The notes under the pieces are model-generated. The model was not told the origin of the DNA. It did not search any database and saw only the letters and a list, made by a program, of their open reading frames with translations. A stretch of 64,000 bases of DNA from the NCBI RefSeq assembly GCF_000738915.1, contig NW_026515634.1, forward strand, positions 186,001 through 250,000, written 5' to 3'. Made by a program: the position numbers and the translations under genes. This DNA comes from Nematocida ausubeli (taxonomy: Eukaryota). Every line of letters begins with the position of its first letter. Position 1 is the first letter of the stretch. Shown piece by piece: positions 39,734 to 49,877 of this stretch.

Positions 39734-42403
39734 TCATGGAGTGGTAGAATCTGGCTTATATCGGCGTATAAGCTCGTCAAACTTGGCAATAGAGTCTTCA
39801 CTAGTGCATAGCTGGTCCTTTAGCTCTGTGAGGGCTTGGGTAATTTTCTCTTTATCATTATAATGTCTGAAATTATTCGGAATATGGTTTGGATTCTGGA
39901 TAGCGTCAAAGTTAGCCTTAACCAACTCTATATTCGGGTTTTTCTGTGAAATAAGATACATGAACCATGTATAGTGAAGATCACTTATCATCATATCTTT
40001 CTCTTCAGGATAGCCTTGTACTATAACCTCATCAACTGCATTAGCATACTCCATGTTGTTGTCTTTAAATATATATTCGGCAACAGAAATAGCCACCCAA
40101 AAGTCTGATAATCCACACACGCCTTTCGGATTATATAGACTAAAGTTGCCTATGCAGTATTTAATCCATACAATGAAAATGGATATATCGCAATCTAGCA
40201 CATAAATAATAAAACTATAATCCTTTATGTATTCCAGGACAGTTTTATACCTTTCCTTTGAAAGATTTATATTCGGGTAGCTGAGACTTTTGCTGTTTTT
40301 ATTAAGCAGGCCTGCGCATATAATCGACGGAAGCATCTTCAATTGCATTTCCTGGTTATCTAGCTCTGTGCTTCCTAATATGTTGGAGGTAAACCGAACA
40401 ATGGGATGCTCAGGAGATAGCTCTTGATTCATACTGTACACAATAGAACAGGTAACTAATTTCTTCTTATAGTCTAAGTCATTGATCTTTTGTATGAGCA
40501 GAAGCCTATTTATGTCTGCGAAGTTGTTCTCAATGGTCTTGCGCACCTGTGCCTTCATAAAGTAATCAGCGCCCCCATAAATAACAATTTTTCTTACTTC
40601 ATAGCCAACATATGTAGAAAATAGATTTCCAACAAATACAGACGTGTTTTTACAGATGTCTGCAATTTCATTCAATTTCTCTATTCGATCGTCCTTGAGG
40701 TCCATAGCAACAGGCTGCATATTAATAGTACTATGGTCTTCAGATATCCCCAAGACTATCGTGTTCTTGATACCATCTTGCTTAAATACCATAGTAATCC
40801 TTCCATATACATCGTATCTTCCATTAATACGCCTATTACTTTTAAGCTCAGAAAGCTCTATTTCTACAGTTTCTGTCTTGGATAGGCGTTTAAGTAGCAT
40901 CTTTGTGTACTCTTGAATATCATCCCACAATATATCATCCAATTCTTCTTTTTTCTCCTTTAAACTCTGTTCAAAGCCAAGTATTTTCTCCTTTTCTTCT
41001 TTAGAAATATTTACTATTTCAGCAATAACCATAAGCATATTTATAATACCACAGTCTAGTTCATTTCTATTCTCGCAATATGAAATTCTAGGCTCATCTA
41101 AGCACGCAACAACTTTGCACCACCTTATCTGGAGCTCCGCCTTTGTTGTGTCAAATGGCTGATTTTCTGGAGAGAAGAATTCTTTCAAACTTTCAGAGAC
41201 ATTCCCCATATGGTCAGTTTTATATGTAAAGTCAGATGGGTCATAGGCCAGGCAGCAGAAGAGGGAGAGAATCATGCACTCAACGCAGTTGCTGTAGTTT
41301 TGCAAACGGTTAGTAGAAAACTCTTTTGTTGTCGGGTCGCGCCATGGGACAGATGTGTATGAAGGAATCTGCGTGCTGTCTGTAAATGGAAAGACCTGAT
41401 ATGTATTTAAAATATCTTGAGTTTTCTTCATTAGAGCCATGCAGTCTATGTTTGCTGCAGCTCCAGCAGGCTTAAACAGTCTGTCGTATACAGAGTCATC
41501 CTTGCTGGGCGCTTCTGTCTTTGATGCATACTTCTCTGTCATAGCGTGCACTGCCTGTATAAACTCAATTGCACGCTCTGCGCTCTCTATGAACCCGAAT
41601 ATGTACGACTGGATCAGAAACTTAGGACTGTCTAAGAACTTTCCAGACATAACCTCCTCTTTCGTACATTTGTCCTCCATCATGCTAAGCACTTCATGTT
41701 TGCTTGCATTCTTCTGGAAGAAGCTGACCATTTGCCTAACTTTCTTCTGTTGGAATGTTTGTACTTTGTCTTCCACATGGTTTAGCCATGGGATTTCCAT
41801 AGGGACTGTGAAGTATATTTCGTTTTTTTTGTTTGTTTCATATACCTTTAGTACACTGTTGGTGACTTCAATAGGAATGTCCACTCCCTCAGAGAAAAGA
41901 AGTAGCATGGCCAGAATCTGCAAAGAGTGCTTTTCTGTTGTCTCTGCTCGAAGGAACTGAACAAAGGACTGGTTTCCTCGTGTCTCAATTGTTATGTCAC
42001 CAGTTGGAGATGGAAACAGCTCAATAAGATGATTGTGATACTTTTCGGTATATGTATCCGTTTTATTAGTCGGGTGTTCTTTGTATGCTTTGTCCTTTTG
42101 TTCATTTCGGATGTATGTATAATCTTCATTCTCTTCATTTTTCTTTAAAAGGTACTCTGTCTTAATCTGCGGAGCAAAGAACCTTTTGTTGTACATGCAC
42201 TCCATTTTCTGGTAGATGTATCCGCGGAGGAAGTTAAGAGGTCCATCCGGATTTATTCTTATAGGTGTTGCATCCGTTGCAATTTCAAACTGCAGAGTGG
42301 CCTCCACCTCGTCCAATGTCATGTCTGCTCTGTGCGTGCTCATCAGTAGAACACTGATTAGGGCGACTACCTTGATCCAAATAACGGAAGAACGCATTTT
42401 CAT
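39734..42403 (-). CDS. Secreted large-gene-family protein, copy B2 (NCVE...H type)
   Basis: Close paralog of B1 including 5' and 3' flanks; start set at MKMRSS (42403) by alignment with B1; NYSNCVECMIL, GISEDHS. Confidence 0.9.
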   Translation of the reverse strand: MKMRSSVIWIKVVALISVLLMSTHRADMTLDEVEATLQFEIATDATPIRINPDGPLNFLRGYIYQKMECMYNKRFFAPQIKTEYLLKKNEENEDYTYIRNEQKDKAYKEHPTNKTDTYTEKYHNHLIELFPSPTGDITIETRGNQSFVQFLRAETTEKHSLQILAMLLLFSEGVDIPIEVTNSVLKVYETNKKNEIYFTVPMEIPWLNHVEDKVQTFQQKKVRQMVSFFQKNASKHEVLSMMEDKCTKEEVMSGKFLDSPKFLIQSYIFGFIESAERAIEFIQAVHAMTEKYASKTEAPSKDDSVYDRLFKPAGAAANIDCMALMKKTQDILNTYQVFPFTDSTQIPSYTSVPWRDPTTKEFSTNRLQNYSNCVECMILSLFCCLAYDPSDFTYKTDHMGNVSESLKEFFSPENQPFDTTKAELQIRWCKVVACLDEPRISYCENRNELDCGIINMLMVIAEIVNISKEEKEKILGFEQSLKEKKEELDDILWDDIQEYTKMLLKRLSKTETVEIELSELKSNRRINGRYDVYGRITMVFKQDGIKNTIVLGISEDHSTINMQPVAMDLKDDRIEKLNEIADICKNTSVFVGNLFSTYVGYEVRKIVIYGGADYFMKAQVRKTIENNFADINRLLLIQKINDLDYKKKLVTCSIVYSMNQELSPEHPIVRFTSNILGSTELDNQEMQLKMLPSIICAGLLNKNSKSLSYPNINLSKERYKTVLEYIKDYSFIIYVLDCDISIFIVWIKYCIGNFSLYNPKGVCGLSDFWVAISVAEYIFKDNNMEYANAVDEVIVQGYPEEKDMMISDLHYTWFMYLISQKNPNIELVKANFDAIQNPNHIPNNFRHYNDKEKITQALTELKDQLCTSEDSIAKFDELIRRYKPDSTTP

Positions 42404-43034
42404 TAAATAAAATAAATCATTTTTAATATATAGTAACGGGTAAACACAGAGGGAGTTGTAAGGCATTTTTATTGGCCTTTGGGCTATATAAGTTGATTAA
42501 TAGTCTTCACTCAATATCACTCAACAAAACATGCATATGCGTATGCTTGCCTCATTGGCTGGTCCAGAAACAAATGATATTCTAACCAGTAGATGGTTTG
42601 TCATCTAGGGAGAAGTTGCATGACCTAGGAATAGCACCTATTTCTGTGTGAGGAACTTTTATTATTGTAGTAAAAATATTTTAAGCTGGCTCTCTTGTTT
42701 AGTTGTTTAGGGCTGGCCTTGAATCATCTGCTATTTTATACTTGGATTTATATTCGAGCTTCTATGCAAGTTTGGTGCAATAATATAAGCCAAATTGCAG
42801 CTGCCAGTTAAATGTATGTGGATGGGTTCTTAGTTTAGTTTCTGGTATATGGCAGAGGTTGGCATTCAACATTAACTTGATGCAATAATGCTAGAATTGG
42901 GTGTGTTTTTAATGGAGTTCCCAAGCACTGTAAGTGTGCTATTCTGCAAGCGCCCTTACACTCAGCCTATGTATATAGTATATTGCACACTAATAAGGTG
43001 TCTCTATGTATTTCTATGGTGCAGAATACACCCC

Positions 43035-43427
43035 AGTGTGTTTTGAGTAGGAGACAGTATGTATAGCTGTCAATAAATGCTTGTTTTGTTCTCTATTTGC
43101 GTGTAGTGTGTTGCTCTCTCTGTTTCCCCCTTTCTTCTCCCTTTATGTCTGAGCAATAGTGGTTCTCTGTGATGTGTTACTTTTCTTCTTTTCCCTGCCT
43201 CTTGTGCTTTATTTCTCTTTTTATACCTATGTAAAATAAACTACTTCACTAGAAGGAATATACACTTTATTTTCCTAATGTATAAGAGAATAAAAATACA
43301 AGAAGGCACTAGAAAGAGAAGAAAAGGACAAAGTAGACATATGCACATAAATAAAAGAATAGACAGATAAATAGAGAGTATAGATGTATTAATAGGTATA
43401 GACACTGATAGAGCAATAGAAGGGCCC
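43035..43427. repeat. Quasi-palindromic intergenic element, copy 2
   Basis: GGTTCTCTGTGATG..CTTTATTTCTCTTTTTATACCTATGTAAAATAAA..GAATAAAAATACAAGAAG shared with the other copies. Confidence 0.85.
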
Positions 43428-43720
43428 CTTTGGCAAAGTACTACAGATGTGTTAAGAATGCAAGCATATACGGATAACTTGTAAGGAAGGTGAGTAAGCT
43501 GGCATATAGTGTAGAAGGAAAGGAAAATAACCCGATTGACCACTCCTCTGGTGTAACCTATATGTACATTATCACTAAACTCTTTGCAATTCTTTAATTT
43601 TAATTTTATATTTTTACTAGTTATACCATAGAAATAGCTAGAGATCTAGAAGAGCACAATATTAGGCAAGGAATCTAAATGATGTATAAAGTATATTAGC
43701 AGGAAATATGAAAAAAAAGC

Positions 43721-44908
43721 ATGGCGAGCACAAAGAAGTCGAGCAAAGAGTCTATAAAGGAATACGTGATAATAGCCGCTGGTGTGTTATTAATACTGTC
43801 AATGGTGCTATACACATGCGTAAGCACATCGCCCAACCGAGACAAATCGCAGGAAGGCACATTAGGTGTAACAAGCGAGCCGGAGACATCTTCTACAGAT
43901 CCAGAAAATAGCGCAGTGCATGAAAACAAAGAGCCTGATGATGGAGGAAGTAAAGAAGCAGGTGCAGTAATACCAGTTGAGCAATTGGATGATATAATAG
44001 GTGCAGAGCATACTTCTACGTCTTTAGACATGTATGCGCAAGATGAATACAGCAATTCTTCTACAAAAGAAGGAAAAAAAGAGATGTCTGATGACATGTA
44101 TAAAGCGAAGCATGCAGTGATAGTGGCTGAAAAAGAGCACAGTGAGCAAGTAGATATTCTAAACGAGCTGGATAATGCTGCTGATTGTGCACACAAGACC
44201 TTTTTGAGAAATGAAGACAAACTAAAAGATGCTAAAGTACAGTGTGATAACTATATAAATACATATAAACAGACTCATGAAAAAATAATGGCTCTAAAAA
44301 AAGAAGTTACAGCTTGTTACAAAAACTCAAACAGTATAACCCGAATTCCAGAAGGAGAAGATACTGAATATGACACAGAAATGGAAGAGATTGATCGTCT
44401 ATATGCAAGGGCGAATCAAATAAACGAGTGTCAAAAAATCAAAGAAAATATATATAATGGAGCTCTTACCTATATGGGAGAGCTAAAACAAAATATGAAA
44501 AGATCAAGAAAAAACGCCCTGGAATATTATTTACATAAAAAAGAGGTGGAAGAAAAATTGATCTATAGTATACAATGCTTTTCGGATTTATTTACAACAA
44601 TTTATGCCAGGGATAAACTGCTGTATTCAGTGAGAAAGAAAGAGGCATTGTATAATAATATAGAGAATGAGGGCAGAGCAAAGCATCTGAAAAATATAAT
44701 AGAATTACATGAAAAGATTGCTCACAATGTGAATGATGGGATCAATATAATAATTGATATGCATATGGCACAGAAGGATGTTATATATGCTACAAAACAA
44801 GTATATAGCGCATATAAAACATATGATGCAGCTGCGTGCAAGTATGAACAGCAACAGAAGTTGAGAAGATATGATTCAAGTGTATCTCAACATCAACCCG
44901 AGTTCTGA
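43721..44908 (+). CDS. Hypothetical membrane-anchored or secreted coiled-coil protein
   Basis: N-terminal TM YVIIAAGVLLILSMVLY, acidic linker, long helical coiled-coil region. Confidence 0.75.
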   Translation: MASTKKSSKESIKEYVIIAAGVLLILSMVLYTCVSTSPNRDKSQEGTLGVTSEPETSSTDPENSAVHENKEPDDGGSKEAGAVIPVEQLDDIIGAEHTSTSLDMYAQDEYSNSSTKEGKKEMSDDMYKAKHAVIVAEKEHSEQVDILNELDNAADCAHKTFLRNEDKLKDAKVQCDNYINTYKQTHEKIMALKKEVTACYKNSNSITRIPEGEDTEYDTEMEEIDRLYARANQINECQKIKENIYNGALTYMGELKQNMKRSRKNALEYYLHKKEVEEKLIYSIQCFSDLFTTIYARDKLLYSVRKKEALYNNIENEGRAKHLKNIIELHEKIAHNVNDGINIIIDMHMAQKDVIYATKQVYSAYKTYDAAACKYEQQQKLRRYDSSVSQHQPEF

Positions 44909-45455
44909 TTTTAGTCTTTTCTCTATATAACAGAAGCTAAGAGGTAAGAAAGACTATGCAGACTGTGCTCAGCAAAGAATACAGCAGTGGTATGTCTAAC
45001 CAGCCTTATGGGCTAGGAAGCAGAGTTCCTCAGGTCTCTAGGAATTGGAAATATGGAGTGTGTGCTGGCAGTAATTTTGAGCTGTGTGTAGTAATAATTA
45101 AACCTCTTATGCTATTTTTATTTTACTTTTACTAAAATTTATTTATGGCCAAGAATTCGAACTAGCTATAGATTATACTTGTAAAGAAGTACGGAGATGC
45201 TCTTTGTATGAGTAATGCTAGAACAAGTATTCAAATGATCTATTTTATATAGAGAGATTGCTTAAAGCATAAATGAGAGAAATATGTAAGAATTTGGATT
45301 ATATAAGGCATAGAGCATAAAAGTGCAGTATATCTTATTACATGCAGCGAAGTTACACTCATTGTGCACGTTTTATTATGTATTTATACAACATCAGAAA
45401 TGTTATATGTGCAGAAAAATTTCAAAAGAAAAATATTTTAATTTAGATAAGAGCT

Positions 45456-48400
45456 ATGAGATTAGATATAAGGTTAGAGCGTAAAGAAGTAGCAAAAAAA
45501 GAATTAAGAATACATAGAATAAAACAAGAGGAAAAGAAAAGAGCTATTCAAAGAGCAAAGTTATACATGCTCATTGGGCTGGCTATACTGCGCCATGTAT
45601 GGGACAGAATACTGGCCATAGATGAGCTAAGAGGTGTCTATATAAAGGCAGGTACTATTACTGAAGGAAAGACCCGAAATATTATAACAATGCATGTGCT
45701 AAAGGAAGAAGCCAGTAATATTGGTCTTATTCACAGCAAGAGATTTTTTTCGCCTGAGATAAAGATAGAGCACTCTATAACAGTTACTAAGAATGACTCT
45801 GAAGATAATTCAGAAAAACATGTTCCAAAACACCCGATATACACCTACACACGAAACCAGAGGCAGGACAGGGTGCATCTCATTCTTCCGTATGAAGGGG
45901 TGTTGCTCAAGTACAAGCGAGCGTACTTTACCACGCTTCTTGAGCTGTTCCCCTCTATGCACGGGTATGTATCCATATGGTCAGACAGAGAAGACTCTTT
46001 TTTTTCTTTTATTAACAGGGTAGATGTAAAAGAGTACAAATATAAAATACTTGCCTCTCTTTTTCTGCTTGCAGAGGGAGTGGATGTACCACTGGAAATT
46101 AATAAGAGTGAGAATGGAACAGTGCTGGTTCTAAAGAAGGCAGATGAAGGCGAGCACTTCAGACTCAATATGAATATAGTGGTTAAAACTGGCAAAAATG
46201 CAGAGTCTCTAGATGTGTTTAAAAGGGTGCTTCAGAAAAAGGCAATTGATGTGGTAAGGTTTTTTATACAGAATAGAGAAAATAGAGTTTTTACAGAAGA
46301 AAAAGACTGTTCCAGTTTTTTTTACTGTAAAGAGCATAGGCAAGTTGATTTTGTAAACAGCCCCGCCTTCCTCATACAGACTTATATACGCCACTGCCTA
46401 GAGAGTACAGAGGAGGTAGTTTTATTCAGGAAGATAGTGCATGATCTGCTAAATGAGTATATGGAGCAAGAAGAAAGCTTTGAAGGACCTCTAATCAAGC
46501 GTTTTAAGCGTAATCTTATAAGTGAGTATATGGAGCAAGAAGAAGCCTATTTAGAAGATAAGCAGAGAAAACAAGAGCTGGCAGCGCAAGCAAAGGACAT
46601 GTTTTTTAGATACTTTATATTGGGTAAGCAAATGTCAAATGATGCAAACTACACGAATGTGATACATCCGGCCAAAGAAACAATTTACAAATATTATGTG
46701 AATCTCTCAACAGATCTACTGTATCTTGAGCCAGTTGCAGATGTTGTTCCTGTTCCAATAAAGATGAACAGTTTAGTGTCTCTCTGTTTAGGGGCCATGG
46801 GACTGCGTCTGCCTGCTGTGGAGAATACCATTAATAATGGTATTTTCGAGCCCATTGAGGGATTTACTGACTACGGCGAGACAGTACTCCTGGGCCTGTT
46901 CTGCGCTATTGCATATGATTGTGAGAAGCACATATACACAATTGACCACATAAAGTCTGCCTCTAAGGAGCTGAAAAGCTTTTTCCAAAAGCACAGTGGC
47001 ATTTATGGAGAAGTGTTAAAGGAAGTGCACGATGAGTGGAACAAAGTAGTGGGTGGCCTAGCCAACAAGAATATACAATATATGCGGCCAGACAGAAACC
47101 AGCTTGTGCCAGGAATAGTAAACATGCTGTATGTCATTAAAGAGATAACAGGAGTGGGTGATACAAAGAAGATAGATAAATTTAGAAAAAGGCTAAAGAG
47201 GATAGAGGAGGGACAGAAGATTCAGGAAGTAGAGCTTATTTATGAGAGACTTACAGAAGATGCAAACAATACAGAAGAAAAGAAAAATGAAATGAAATTA
47301 CAAATATTAGGCGTGATTAATGTGAAAAGACTGAATAAAATAAGGATCCTTGAAGAGGCACTTAAAGAAGAAAAAAACAAAGAAGAGGCAGATGAAATCA
47401 AGCTAGAGATACAGGAACTAATGGATATTAACCGATTATATAAAAGTTATATTAAGAAAGAGAAGATGCTGAAAACTAAACTAGAAAATGATATAAACAA
47501 ATATCTGAAAGATGTAATTAAACCAATTGCAATCGGTGTGGATGTCACTATTTCTATAGATTTTATATATAAAGAGACTGTTAAAAAAAGCTGCAGTGAT
47601 ATTCTCGGGATATTTGCGGTATATCGTGGTGAGGAGCTAACCAATTACTATAAGTTTTGGTCTTTGTCAAAGTATACTTCAAAAGGGATAGAAGTGAAGT
47701 GTACAACTGCTTTTAATTTACAAAAGGAGCCATGCTCATTAGAGAACAAACAATTCGGGGCATTTGAGAGGAATGCACTTGCTCGGATTATAACTGAATT
47801 AAAGAGAAAAAGTCGTTCTAACCCGAGTGGATTCCATCCCACTCTCTTCTATCGTGATAAGTGCGATACTATAGATATGTATCTGATTGATCCTTTAATG
47901 CATATCCAAAATCACAAAATATATATTATATGGGCTCTACTGCTACATGCAATAGACAGAAATCTTGACAGCGACCACCCTTTTGTGCGCCTGGCAGATA
48001 ACCTCCTGGAGAGCACTCGCTTCATGTATAGAGACAAAAAGAATGAAATGTTTATGCTGCTTAACCTCATCTCAGTAGACAAGTACTATCCGCACATAAC
48101 CATATACGAGCATGCGTATGAAAATGAAAAATATTTTGCAAAAGTAATAGAGAATCTATTAGAATTGGCAAAAAGTACAGCACTTGTGTCCCACAAACAG
48201 TGTGCTGATATAATAACCAAACTAATTATTAAGTTGTTGAGGACTTTCCGGAGAGATAATAGATATTCAGGGTTGCAATGTTTTTTCCTGCAAAACTGTA
48301 GTATACCTAAAGCAAAATCTTTATTTGCCAAGATTTTGACACTGGATGGAAACACTATGGAGTATATTACTAGAATTGTTCAATCTACGCAGGGAATGGG

Positions 48401-48707
48401 AAATGAAGACCCCGCTGATGGTTGTACGGGATACATTAATGTGCTTTTGATGTGGATTATTCAGAATGCAAACGAATCCAGGTGTGATAATTGGCAGGAT
48501 ATAGCAAAAGAATGCTATAACTTAATTGACGTAACCAAACTCAGAAGGAGCGATTTTATAAATTGTTCTATGATATGGAACCATAGTATATATATACCAT
48601 CACTGTTTCCATACCTAAAACCTATAGTGTGCGTTGAGCATGATGCAGAGAGCGTGGAAAGGTTTAGATCAATTGAAGAACTATTTAATGAACTTGTGCA
48701 TTGGTAA
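45456..48707 (+). CDS. Divergent large-gene-family protein with coiled-coil insertions (lacks the motif Cys)
   Basis: SKRFFSPEI, LFPSMHG, LAEGVDVP, FLIQTYI, FTDYGETVLLGLFCAIAYD, DHPFVR. Confidence 0.85.
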   Translation: MRLDIRLERKEVAKKELRIHRIKQEEKKRAIQRAKLYMLIGLAILRHVWDRILAIDELRGVYIKAGTITEGKTRNIITMHVLKEEASNIGLIHSKRFFSPEIKIEHSITVTKNDSEDNSEKHVPKHPIYTYTRNQRQDRVHLILPYEGVLLKYKRAYFTTLLELFPSMHGYVSIWSDREDSFFSFINRVDVKEYKYKILASLFLLAEGVDVPLEINKSENGTVLVLKKADEGEHFRLNMNIVVKTGKNAESLDVFKRVLQKKAIDVVRFFIQNRENRVFTEEKDCSSFFYCKEHRQVDFVNSPAFLIQTYIRHCLESTEEVVLFRKIVHDLLNEYMEQEESFEGPLIKRFKRNLISEYMEQEEAYLEDKQRKQELAAQAKDMFFRYFILGKQMSNDANYTNVIHPAKETIYKYYVNLSTDLLYLEPVADVVPVPIKMNSLVSLCLGAMGLRLPAVENTINNGIFEPIEGFTDYGETVLLGLFCAIAYDCEKHIYTIDHIKSASKELKSFFQKHSGIYGEVLKEVHDEWNKVVGGLANKNIQYMRPDRNQLVPGIVNMLYVIKEITGVGDTKKIDKFRKRLKRIEEGQKIQEVELIYERLTEDANNTEEKKNEMKLQILGVINVKRLNKIRILEEALKEEKNKEEADEIKLEIQELMDINRLYKSYIKKEKMLKTKLENDINKYLKDVIKPIAIGVDVTISIDFIYKETVKKSCSDILGIFAVYRGEELTNYYKFWSLSKYTSKGIEVKCTTAFNLQKEPCSLENKQFGAFERNALARIITELKRKSRSNPSGFHPTLFYRDKCDTIDMYLIDPLMHIQNHKIYIIWALLLHAIDRNLDSDHPFVRLADNLLESTRFMYRDKKNEMFMLLNLISVDKYYPHITIYEHAYENEKYFAKVIENLLELAKSTALVSHKQCADIITKLIIKLLRTFRRDNRYSGLQCFFLQNCSIPKAKSLFAKILTLDGNTMEYITRIVQSTQGMGNEDPADGCTGYINVLLMWIIQNANESRCDNWQDIAKECYNLIDVTKLRRSDFINCSMIWNHSIYIPSLFPYLKPIVCVEHDAESVERFRSIEELFNELVHW

Positions 48708-49091
48708 GCAAACTTTAATAAAGTTATTTAAAATTTGTGTGCTAATACTTGCTGCATGTGAGCCTGTAGAAATACGCTTTTTTAAATAAGACACATAATA
48801 GGAGGATACTAAGGGCGGTAGTAACCCGAATTATATTATAGCTAGTTTAGTTGGGTACCTGAACATTGCCAAATGCACACTGAACTAATATCCATAGTAG
48901 AAGTATTAAAATAAAAATGCAAGTATTTTCAATTATAGCATATTGTCGCGAATAGTACATACATACAGAAATAGGCAAAAGGCAATTGTAGAAAGTGAAG
49001 TTTCTGCTTCTAACCATCACAGGCATAATCAAGCTCTATCTGAAAGCATCAGATGTATCCGCATTGTGGCTATAGACCAATACATCCACTG

Positions 49092-49547
49092 TACGCTGTG
49101 AGTAGAAGAATGTGTCTTCTTATATGACAATAAATACTTGTTTCGTTCTCTACTTGCCCGCAGAGTGTTTTTGTCTCTGTTTCCCTCTTTCTTCTCTCTT
49201 TATGTCAGACCAATGATGGTTCTCTGTGATGCGCTACTTTTCTTCTTTTCCCTGCCTCTCATGCTTTATTTCTCTTTTTATACCTATGTAAAATAAATTG
49301 CTTCAAAGGGCTGTATGTATACTTTATTTCCCAATATATAGGAGAATAAAAATACAAGAAGGACACTGAAAGAAAAGAAAAAGACAAAGTAGACAGACAC
49401 ACAGAAATAAAAGAATAGGTAGAGAAATAAAGAGTATGGATGTATTAATAGGTATATACACTGATAGACCAATAGAGGGTCTATTAAGTGAACTATAGAG
49501 ACACATCATAGTGTATAGCAAATATATTAGCCAGCAAGTGCAGTTAG
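49092..49547. repeat. Quasi-palindromic intergenic element, copy 3
   Basis: Same conserved core as copies 1 and 2, upstream of copy A2. Confidence 0.85.
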
Positions 49548-49877
49548 CTCATAAAGGAGCTAAGAGATAAATAGCTAGAGGATTCTGTGGCATATTGCCG
49601 ACTTGAGAAAAGGAATTTGTGCTCCAAAGGTAGAGATAATGACAAGCACCTGCGTGAATATATACATATATAAGAATAATTAAATTTTATTATACTTTGT
49701 TGCAGAAATGCGCTTAATATATCCCAACCTCTCTTTTGTAGAATTTACTAAAAAAGTATTATGGAAATAAAATGATCTGTCAACACTCAATGTGTTTATG
49801 CTATGAATCATTATCGATCAATTATTCCATTTTAAATGCTTAAGTACAAAAATGTCTAAAGATTTCAGTATTGAGAT

